Made by a program: the position numbers and the translations under genes. Source: Macrostomum lignano (Eukaryota). From it: a DNA stretch of 64,000 nucleotides. Under the pieces are notes generated by a model. That model was not told where the DNA came from. It searched no databases and saw nothing but the letters and a program-made list of their open reading frames with translations. Shown piece after piece: positions 1 to 10,451 of the stretch. The stretch covers positions 1,178,001 to 1,242,000 of the forward strand of contig NIVC01000032.1 of assembly GCA_002269645.1 (NCBI GenBank). The letters run 5' to 3'. Numbering within the stretch: position 1 is the first letter of the stretch; every line of letters starts with the position of its first letter.

Positions 1-1
1 G

Positions 2-130
2 GGCAGGCCCAACAAAGGCTTGCCCATTGAGGGATGCATTCGCACTAACAGCAATCATAACATTGGTATTGACGATTTCGCTTGTACCGATCAGCATAAA
101 TACATCTGCGAGTGTCAGTATGTGTTTTGA
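2..130 (+). CDS. C-terminal part of a C-type lectin-like domain (partial exon; gene begins before the window)
   Basis: Frame 2 reads GRPNKGLPIEGCIRTNSNHNIGIDDFACTDQHKYICECQYVF*, matching the CTLD end pattern P-N...E-x-C...D-D-x-x-C...Y-I-C-E. A GTATGT donor-like site near 118 could continue the gene instead of this stop. Confidence 0.65.
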   Translation, partial: GRPNKGLPIEGCIRTNSNHNIGIDDFACTDQHKYICECQYVF

Positions 131-782
131 AACTCGTAAGGCCAAAACACAATAGAATAATTTCTAAGTTGGCGTAAACGAACTTTTAATACGGGATTGC
201 TGATCACACTAATCAGACTTCAACGTACGCTGTGTTGAGTGACACTCGGAGTGGCCATAGACTATTTCATTTAATGAACCGTTTTGTGTTGAGTAATTTA
301 TCATTGGCCAAAGACTATATGTATTGTTTTTCTGCCATTTTCTGAAACTTGAGTTTTTGCCGTAGGATGCAGTTTTTGTCGTGCAGGAATATCTCAAGCC
401 AATGTAAGACAATATAACGATATGCACAGATACTTGATATACTAAATTTTATAAACTAACAGCAATGGGGGGTTAACTGGAAGAGAGAACTCCAGGCAAC
501 GGCCAAAGCCACGAGCGGTAGCCTCCAGAACTCCAGTTAACTTCATTGCAGGAAATATCTATGGCACGAATCGAAGTGGCCCAGAAGGAGGAGGCACAAA
601 CGTCTATGGCACGAAAGCCAAAAGGCGTGGAGAGTTCATGGCAATGACAATCCTATTGATTGAATGGAGGGTTGAAATGTCTATGGCAAAACTTTCAGTG
701 GGGGTGAAGGGGTTTGTGTGAGGGATTCCCAGGCAGTAAGTAGTCTGTCCAAACCTGTTGATTCAAGAGTTTTCTGTCCATC

Positions 783-1355
783 ATGAGCGACCCGATAATA
801 CATTATATTAATTGGGGTAACCTCCCGTGTGAGGACCTCGGCAACATCACGCAGGATGAACTGAACTTCCTCTCGGAATCCTCTGCCGTTGATCGGCACG
901 ACGAAGATTTCGATGCGTTCCTGAAGTATGTCCAAAATGGTCCAGCTGATACTGGGCTGCCAATGATCGATGGAGATGAAAAGATAGACGTTTCCGAGAT
1001 GGACAGAATCGAGATCGAGAGTCTGCCTGAGGATACTCGGAAGCAGATGTACCAGCATGGCCAACGTTTTCGAGACTTCCTGGAAGGGGAGAATCTGCGC
1101 AACATTCAGCATGTCAACAATGCTACATTGAACCAATATCTTCGGTACTTCTACTTCAAGCTGAAGAAACAGGCTGTTTCTATGGCACTTGATTTGAATG
1201 GTTCTTCACAAGCTGTTGCGACTCCATTGCGTGAGAGTTCACCGGTGCCAGTACCTGTGTCGTCTTCCGTGCAGATCACCGGCATCAGTCATGACAATCC
1301 GTCGGTCAGGTACAGTTTCCACAACTGTTCATTCAATGGTTGCAAATTTGAGTAA
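783..1355 (+). mobile_element. Crypton-like (DUF3504/tyrosine recombinase) transposon ORF with the catalytic domain deleted in frame
   Basis: The N-terminal part (ESLPEDTRKQMYQHGQRFRDFL...LNQYLRYFYFKLKK) resembles the core-binding region of animal Crypton/KCTD1-15/ZMYM-type proteins. It is joined directly to Q-AVSMAL, a Ser-rich spacer and the terminal FHNCSFNGCKF typical of Crypton C-termini. No R-H-R-H-Y catalytic residues are present. Confidence 0.6.
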
Positions 1356-2231
1356 TGGACTCAACCGTCGTATTTTCTGGACTTTCTCCTGCTGTCGTGA
1401 TGAGAACATGACCATAGGTTAGACTTGCACTCAATTGACTAAGCAGTGTTATTGTTGGAACATTTTTTGTTGGACTTCAATAAATATAAGAATTTCACGC
1501 TTCGTGTTACTTTTTTCGCCTATGGTATTGTTGTCCAGTCTTGTTATTTTACCTCCAGAAAATGGCCGGTCATTGTCCGGAGGTCATTGCCATGAACAAA
1601 TATTTCGGGCAATGATATATTCCTGCACGGTCACGAGTCACGGCTGAAGTAGCGAGCCATTTAGCGGCGTTATTGCGATTGCTACCCAAAAGCATCAGTT
1701 TATATCTTACCTAACATTGTATAACCTCCTTTGCTTTATATTACTGCTGTTCATTTTTTGTCTATGGTTATAATCTTTATGGATTCTCTCTCCTTAAAAG
1801 TCCTCTTAAACCATCCAAAATATAAAACTGTTTAAGTTAAAAAAATTTATGGCTATGGCACCCCTTTCAAATTTAAGAATCTTCCAGTTTATTGCTAAAA
1901 GAATCATGTGGATACAAGTTAAGCTCATCATTTCGATCGCAGAGATGTATGACAAAATAGTACACATAACATGAAAATCGTATCTATACTTTGGCAGACA
2001 TAGGCACAGCCACAAAGGTATAAAATATAAAAGTAAAATTAAATAGTTTAGCGAACACGCAGTCTCATATATAAATAATTACAAAAGTAAAAAAAAACTG
2101 TTTTTGTATGTTGGAAAAATTTAAACTAAACTAACAAAAATTGCACAGATAAGACAGAGAATTTGGCGTATTAAAAGATATCTGACAACCAGACAAAAAT
2201 GACCAACATAGGTAATCCTTGGATACCAGAT

Positions 2232-3359
2232 CTAAGACTTATAGAGCTCCGGGCCCAGCACGAACCGCTGAAAGATTTTACTGCAGTCCGTCAAATTGTC
2301 GTTGTAAAACTTCGTCCCAGCGCCGTACCAGATTGAGCCGGTCTTCTTCAGGTCGTGCACAGCGTACACGGGCTGGTTGCGGTCTGTAATAGGGTCCAGA
2401 TTGTCCACATTGGAGCAGTACTGGGTCAGGTTTTTGCTCACTGATTTGCCCACCAGCAACTGGCAGGCTTCCTTCAGCGCCCTCAGTCGCTCCTGGGTGT
2501 AGGGAATTCTGCTGCTGCTGAGACGGTTGTCACCGTAGGGATAGAAGCTGTGAGCTGGCGGTATGTACACGGTCTCCAGAGGGTGGTTGGCCACGGGGAA
2601 GATTCGCTGGTATCGCTCCAAGAACTCGGTCAGACCGAACGGTCCTGCAACGCTAAACTGCGTCGGTGCCCGACTTTCCAGCTGCTGCATGACGGAGTGC
2701 AGGAATGCGTGGCCGGGGGTCGACATGAGAAAGGCGGGACTCGCCAGCGGCTTCACGGGCCAGTGCATGCCGAGGAACTGCAGCGAGTGCGGATCGGGCT
2801 CTCTGGTCACCACGGCGTGGAAGCGGCGGAACTGGTCGATGCTGCGAACGAGGGTGTAGTCCAGGTCTGCGTAGACGCCGCCGAACTGCGAATCGGGAGA
2901 ATAGAGAGGGCGTTGGCTGTTTGTGAGCGATTGTAGAGTCTTTGCTAGAGATGCTGATGAGCAGGACTGTCGAGTAGCTCTGCGGTAACACGTCCAACTC
3001 TCAGGCTAAACACCTCTGCTTCAATTCCTGTCTATTCAAGGCCAGCTGTTAAAACAGAAAGTGCCTGGCGCTGCCCGATGATCTGATAAGAGAGCGTGGC
3101 TTTTGACATGTATATAGAACGATTTACGTAGGAATATCTAGGAGTAATGTTAGAGTAGGCGGTGAGAATCAACAGAAAATTGGGATCTTCTAAGTTTTGT
3201 TAACATTATTTTGTAAATAAATTTGCTGATTTTAGACCAGTCTGTCTACGAACACGTGGTCGTGACCCGATTATTCTCAAGGCCAGCGTAAAGACGACTA
3301 GCAGTGGGGTTTAAGGGGCTTAGCGCATGTGAATAGTGGCTCGTTTCTGCCCGAGAAAC

Positions 3360-3390
<31 letters not shown>

Positions 3391-6300
3391 CTAGGTAGAT
3401 TATGTTTATGAGCTTTAAGAGTTCAACGCATGATCAGTCGCGGATTTAGAGGGGGGCGCACAGGGCGCGCGCCGCCCCCGGTGAGTTTGATTTTTTTTTA
3501 TATGGAAAATACACATTATCATGTACATATACTTGTACATGATATGAATATATATGTACCTTTGGTAGTCTGCGCCTGGGGATTGCAATCCCGGGATCCC
3601 GGGATCCCGAAATCCCGGGATTGGGCCTAAATCCCGGGATTTCCAGTCCCGGGATTCGGGACTCCAAATCCCGGGACTAATGTTTGTTAATATTTTTACA
3701 AAAAGTGCTGTAATATAAACATAATTAGGCCCTCAACTAGTTTATTATACTGCGCTAATTTTCGTTAATTGCCTCACGTCGTGTGGCACCTTTTTAAACC
3801 CCGCATCACAGATTTAAATGTGAAATTAATTCCAATTTAAATTTTGATAAGATTTGCTTCTTTACTACTAATTAGTACATTTATACTACTTACTTCAATA
3901 GATCACAAGATAATGCTGTTTATCATCTACACATAGATCATTATCTCTATAACAATAAAAAAAGTAAGCAAAAAAGCGTTTAGCGCATATTTTGCCTTAA
4001 AATTTCAACCTAGAAGCATAACAATCTGTATTATTCTGATCCCGGGATTCAATCCCGGGATTGGCCAAATCCCGGGCCAATCACAAATGATGATTGCTCA
4101 TTTTGCAATCCCTATCTGCGCCCCCCCCCCGTTCAAAATTTTCTGGATCCGCTACTGCGCATGATTTGGAAGTGCGCGCGTAGATTATTTGCCTATAATT
4201 TCAAGTACGAATCGAGGGGAGAGCGAGTGAGCTGACCTTTCTGGCTGATGGGTGGACAAGAAAAGTGCGGTGGGCGCTCTAGAAAACGTCAACTCAACTA
4301 GAATGCTAACAACATGGCATGGGAATCAGAGGGCGAAGGTTATTGCCTACTTTGGCCCAGTTCTACCCCACATAAATAATTTATAGGAAAGAGTTTGTTT
4401 GGAGAAAAAGGAAGAGAAAGGTATACGCGCGACTGAGTCAAGGACGACTGAAGTAATTTATATATATATACTTAAATAGTCCTTGGATTGAGTTCTGACT
4501 CAGTGTATCTGCGAGAGAAAAATATGAGTTTGAAGGCTGCATGGGTAAAACATTGCGCTTTGATGGAAATTAGCTGACAAAGGAGAGGAAATAGAAATAG
4601 AGGCACCCTGTTCTCCTTTCCGAGGTCCTCGCTGCTCAAGGCAACTAACTCACCATTTATCTAATAATTGTTAATCAATTATTCGCCTCTCATGCTCTGC
4701 AATGTTACGTAAAGCTAAACATAGTACATTTATAATCGTAATTCATGATTTATTGCACTTTGTGTCATTTCGACACTAATATATTATTAACTTAAACTTA
4801 AACTTTAACTATGTAAATTGTCCGATAACCATCGATCGCTGAGGCTATTCTTGCCAATTCAATAAGCGCGAAATCAATACTGTACTGTACTGAGGTGTAG
4901 TACAGTGGGACTGTCCGAGAGTACAGTGCTGCCCAGCCCTACAACGACTGCTCAAAAGGAAAGCTTATAGCGACTGTTTGAGTAAGCCATGGGGAGAGTC
5001 TGTAGCGAGTGAATCAAAGCGCAGTGGAATTAACTTTGGCGTAAGTGAGAAAGAAAGGTTGCAACCTCTCGGCTCGGCTCACCTCGGCTTTATTTGATTT
5101 TAGAGACAGTAAACGAGAAACAGCTTGAGAATATATTCTATGGTCAAAATGGGGCTCGCTACTAGCTGATTAATGCTACAATATACTTCCCCCTCCTAGA
5201 TGAAGTACATCACTATGCATTAGATAAGCGGAGACAAGAGGTTTGAGCAGTGAAGGCCGGGGAACGAGTAGGCAAGCAATGCAGATGTCATAGGTTGATC
5301 GGTTAAAGCACTGTTTAAGTATTGCTAGGTGGACTGTCCTTCTGGAAGACTTGCACGGAGGTCTCGCTCTTGAATCGCACGCGGTTTGAGCGGCGCGACC
5401 TTGTGTTAGAGGCGGGAGCGTCGCCTGGCGGGGCCGGTGTAGCTGCTGGCTGCTCTTGATGGGCTGTTGGCAGGGTGGCGGGCTTTACACGATCGATCGA
5501 CACTACGGTAGGCTTGCCGTTGATCTCGAGTGTCATTGTGGTGTCGTGCCGGTCCAGCACCGCGTACGGGCCTTGGTAAGGAGCCTCCAGGGGTCGTCGC
5601 ACGCGGTCCAACCGCGCAACCAGACGTGTGTGCACGAACTCAGCACGGCTGGCAAATGCACGGCTATCTCGCGCGTTCTCGGCTGCCGGTATGGGAAAAT
5701 AAGCTGGTGTAGACTAGTCAAGAGCTCCTTGAGCGCAGACGTGTTGGTGACAACCGGTGGGACCAGCGGTTGCTCACCCGTAACAACGGAGAACGGAGAG
5801 GCACCTGACTTATCTGGGAAAATGCCCATGCCCAGGAGCACGACGGGCAGCTGCTGCAGCCAGTTTTTGCCGCGCGCCTTCAAACCAATCTTTAGCGTCC
5901 GGTGTGCACGTTCGATGATACCGTTAGCTCTCGGATTATAGGCTGAAGTGCGGATGTGGTGGATGCCAAGTCCGTCAAGTTCTTCCTGAGCTCAGCTCGG
6001 AATTGGGATCCCTGGTCACTGATCAGCGTCAAAGGTGGGCCAAACCGAGAAATCCAGGTTTCCAGGAAGGCTCGTGCGACTGATGTGGCGGCAATGTTCG
6101 AAAGCGGTGCTGCTTCGAACCAGCGTGAGTAGGCATCGATCCTGGTGAGTAGGTAGCGAGGCTTCGGGCCGGGATCTTCAGACTCAGGAGGCGGTAGTGG
6201 TCTGACCAGGTCAATGTGTACCGTCGTGAATCTCTGAGATGGCATAGACAGCTGCTGCAGTGGGCGTTGAACATGTCGTCCAGTCTTTCACTGCTGGAAT

Positions 6301-8720
6301 TGTTGGCACTCGGCTACCCACCTGCGAATGTCGGCACACATTAGTGGCCAGAAGAACCGATAGCTAATGAGCCGTTGCGTAGCTTTTCTGCCGGGGTGTG
6401 CGAACGAATCCAGCGAGTTGAACACCGCACGTCGAAGTACTTCAGGGACTACGGGACGCGGTTTAGTCTGCGAAGTCTCACAGCGTAATGGGTAGTTTTT
6501 AATCCCGATATCGAAGTTGCTGAATGCCGTCAGCAGACACGAGATAGCCGAGGAACTCCACAGACTTGCGGAAAAAGGCTCGATCGTCTCCGCAAGGTCT
6601 CCAGGAGCCGTCCTTTTTCTTCACCATGTGAAGCGGGGAAGCCCATGAACTGGCGGAGGGGCGGACGATGCCAAGGCGCAGGAGCTTGTCGAACTCCGCT
6701 TTTGCAACCGCGAACTTGGCCGGGGCAAGCGGTTGCGGCCGACAAAAAATGGTCGATGCCGAACCGACGTGGCGGGTGCTGCAGTGTAGTCCGGAGCTTC
6801 CAGAACTCGAGGTAACCGAGCCAGCGGTGTGGTCGGCTCAAGCAGCGTGGTGGCATTGATTTGAGGGACTGAATCACTAGAAGGACAGAGAGTCGCACGC
6901 AAAGATGTCACAGGGTCTTGAATGCGCCGTGACTTCAGGTCGATGAGGAGACCAAACTTGAGAAAGAAGTCTGCACCGAGGATGGGCGCAGTACTAGTAA
7001 CAATGAACGTCGCAGGATATGGTCTACGAAAGCCGGGGATAGCAAGTGTGACACAACATTGGCCGAAGGTTCGGATCTCACGGCCATCGATGCCGCAAAG
7101 TTTGACATGAGTGGGTGCGAGTAGATTTTGAGGAACAAACTGCAAAGGAAGAAGTGACCGTTCGGCGCCGGTGTCAACGATGAACGAAACGGGCGTACGA
7201 ACGACTTGGCAACGAAAAAGCAGCGTGGTGGCCTTTGACGGGTCGCGGCTCAGCCGATGCACGTGACCAACTAGTTTGACACCTGGTTTCGAGCGGTTTC
7301 GAGCCTGGCCACTGGCACCATGGTAGGCACGTGCGAGCATCGGCGGCGTAGTAGAGTAGAGATGACCGTTGCAGATCTTGGGTCATCGGCGTGAGTTCCA
7401 GTTGGAGCGCGAGTCGTTGGGCTTCCTGCTACGAAAAGAACCAGCGTCTCTTCTCGGGTGCTCTTGGCCGGTGGCAGAGGTGCGGTTTATAGAGGTGAAC
7501 GGGGTGGTGCAACCGGCGACAGCCAGCATGCTGTCGGCGATCTTCGCAAACGCGTCCAGCTCCGCCTGTTCGTGACCGACCAAGGCGGAGCGGATGTGGA
7601 TGGGCAGTGCAGTTAGGAGTCGAGACTTGATGATGCTGTCATCGACTTAAGCCTACTTCGCTGAATCGCCGCTTGATGTTGGTTACCAACTGAGATAGGC
7701 GGCGATCCCCACACACACAAAATTGACTATGGAATTTCTAATCGAGGAAACCGTTGACAGCATCACTTAGGCACACACTTAGAAAGGCTGTATAGGAAAT
7801 GGATAGGTTGGATATCTCAGACGTATCTTGGAGAATCCTGAGCGGAATGGAGATCTAGATGTCTTCTCTAAAGCAATAAATTTCTACATTTAGCTTTGCT
7901 TTGCTATCTGCAGCGCAATTTTTCAAATAGCTGTTAAAAGACTTCAACTATGCTAAAAGTTTATCCTTTGTAGCTACGGTATATGTAATGAAACATAGCA
8001 AGTACTACATGCAAGTTTTCCAAAAAATGTAGGATACGAGTTTCAACAGAAGCAGTTTAAACAGTAAATTGACACTTGCAACCAGAAACTTTGATGGCTG
8101 ATTGAGAAGCGTATAATCTTAAAAGTACAACTAATCTTAAAAGGCATTGCTTTCAGTGCAATTGCATGTAGATATGCTCTCACCTTGAATAGCAACATGT
8201 AGCGGATCATGTCAACGCGCATGATGTGATGCTGCAGAGACTTGTACTTGCCTAGCAACCCGGGGAACTGGGTAGCAACAAACGGTTCCAAGTCCTCGTC
8301 GCGCCACAACACGTAGGTCCAATCCGGATGAATTCTCTTCCAGGAGAGCAGCTGCTCGGCAAAGTAGCCGGATACGAGTTTGCTCTTCCACAGGATGTGA
8401 CGAATCTTCGGAATAGGGAACGCATCGCCAACCTGCCGCAGGTGCCTGACGTAGTCAGCTCGGCAGGTCTCCACCGAGCAAACCGAAGGCAGTCGAACGC
8501 TCAAATAAATAAATTTGTTTGCAGTGGAGTCGTTCCGGCTGTCAGACACGTGACTGTCAATCGCTGCAGGTCGCATCATTATCGGTGGCTCCAAGCCGTC
8601 ATGCTGAACTGCTGTCGTCAGTTCTTCCGGCGTGCATCTGAGTTTGCCATGGAAGCAGAGGATTGAAAACAGTGTTGCTATCGACAGGCCAGCGGTCAGT
8701 ACAGTTAATAGTTTATTCAT
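2232..8720 (-). CDS. Glycosyltransferase family 32 (DxD; MIPC-synthase/SUR1-like), type II membrane protein, 2 exons, about 396 aa
   Basis: Exon 1 8720-8184 (MNKLLTVLTAGLSIATLFSILCF anchor; IPKIRHILWKSK...WKRIHPDWTYVLWRDED...RVDMIRYMLLFK|gtgag). Exon 2 2885-2232 (ctcccgattcgcag|FGGVYADLD...EPDP...FLMSTPGHAF). The phase-0 join gives RYMLLFKFGGVYADLD. Confidence 0.9.
3435..4157. mobile_element. hAT-type MITE (outer element)
   Basis: Imperfect TIRs CAGTCGCGGATTTAG / CTGGATCCGCTACTG; exact 8-bp TSD CGCATGAT at 3427-3434 and 4158-4165. Confidence 0.85.
3577..4114. mobile_element. hAT-type MITE nested inside the previous element
   Basis: TIRs TGGGGATTGCAA / TTGCAATCCCTA; exact 8-bp TSD TCTGCGCC at 3569-3576 and 4115-4122; subterminal ATCCCGGGAT repeats at both ends. 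Confidence 0.85.
5020..7712 (-). mobile_element. Degenerate Ty3/Gypsy LTR retrotransposon inside the GT32 intron (5'-truncated; RT core and RNase H deleted)
   Basis: Gag remnant (GDRRLSQLVTNIKRR...DDSIIKSRLLTALP), protease (FIVDTGAERSLLP), RT start (KKKDGSWRPCGD) fused to RT end (FRKSVEFLGYLVSADGI), integrase Zn/core (HPGRKATQRL...RFFWP...RFTTVHIDLV...SDQGSQF) and GPY motif (LEAPYQGPY). A polypurine tract lies at about 5186-5198, followed by TGTAGC at 5180 as the likely 3' LTR start. The LTR's far boundary is approximate. Stops and frameshifts are present. Confidence 0.9.
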
Positions 8721-10451
8721 TTGTTCGGTATTCGGATCGATTAATAATATTCTGTTGGCAAATAGAGTCAAGCTTTCTTAGCCTAAAGGAAAATTTACCT
8801 AGCAGATTGGGAGACGCGACGGTGCAGAGATGCGGTGTCTGTGTGCTACTCTAGTAAGCCCACCCTCCGTCTGCACTGCAACTGGTCAACTTGATCTTCA
8901 GCGGTTGGCTGGGGCCCCTGCCATGGAGATCGGGGGAACGAGTTTTCAGACTTACAAAGGAAGCAGAAAGCCGCCATACTAGCTGTGTGTGAAAAGGAAG
9001 TAGCGCCTGAAAACGAAGGTTTGTACGAAGTGGGCATTCCAGATTGTCATTGAAATTCTCCATGGCTCGGGTTAAGAAAATTTCCTGCAACAGCTCTCCG
9101 TCTCCACTTATAGCATACGGGTCTCATGTGCCTCAGGCAGTTGTTGAGCGAGCGTCATTGCTCATACAAAAGAAAAAACTCATAAGCCTTACATGCGTGC
9201 TGTCGGATCTTATGGTTAGTTGGCCTTGCCAAGTCTCATCTTGCGTACGGTGAGCAGAGGCAACAGCCGTTGCAGTGAAGACTTATAATTGTTCGTCAAA
9301 CTGCACGCACGTACAGTAAACTTCGTGTATGGATATAAGGTTAGAAATCCGTAAGAATAGGCCACATAAAAAACCATAGTGAAATATTGCCAAAGCGAGG
9401 GGAGGTTGGTTACTCATTTATGTTAAAAACAGATTAATACCTGTTCTTTTCCAAGTGCTTTTTTCCGAACTTTAATTAGGAGAGATGCAATCAACGATTA
9501 TTATTATTATTCCTGTTGAAAATTATTTGCATATTTTCTTGGTTTTGATTTCGTTTTCCACAAAAATAACTTGAGTTACAGTATTTTTAAATGAGCTTTC
9601 AAAAAGAATGAAAGATAATGCTAGATGCACTACTTATTAGTACACACAATTGAGCTTCGGTTAAGGTCCTTAGGAAAATCATTAAAAAAATCTGAAAAAC
9701 AACTCGACAGAAGTTCGCTTTTTAGGTTTTTTTATGTTATTTTTCTTCCTGACATTTTTCGCTGTGCGGGAACCGAGCAACGCAGGCACACGAAATTGCA
9801 TGAGGACCACCTGCAGGCTAATTTTTTTGCACACCTTCAAAAACTGCCTTGGAGACCGTCGAGATATTCAAAAACTCTGCCAGAATGTCTGATTTTTCCC
9901 ATAAGCGCTAGTGTAATACCCCCTTCAATATACCCTTTGCACCAATAAGCACTGCGCCTCAGTGCGGTTTGCCATGCCTCAAGAGATCAGCTCTGGCTTC
10001 ACCCCAGCTGGAGCTGCTGGTCATTCAACAGATGACACCAGCTGTGACTATGGACACCTCCATGGATAGGAGGCCTTGTGGATTGACTGGGTTTGGTTGA
10101 CGCTTATTATCTGAAATTATCTGTAAAATTCCGGAGCATTATGTTACTTTATGCAATATGTTTGACAATTTAAAAGCATGCAAAAACACGAAACTAACAA
10201 TTGCTATTTAATTGAATTAACAATAGTTTCATAAGGTATGCAAATTAAAGTACATTATTCTGGTTCACTCGTAGGACCTAAAGGACTGAAAGTACAGCTA
10301 AAATAAAAAATTCATCGCTACTTATAATCATGCATTAACAAAGCCTAAGAAGTTAAAACACTCTACCTTTGCAATAGTTTATATGGTAAAGTACTATTTC
10401 TGAATAATATCGATTTATATTAATTGCATTTTCCTTCAGTTTTCAATTCGC

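Noticed and set aside
7690-7800. Apparent PBS/5' LTR of the Gypsy element (TGGTAACCA)
   Set aside because: It reads as Gag (DRRLSQLVTNIKRR), and the flank does not match the 3' LTR.
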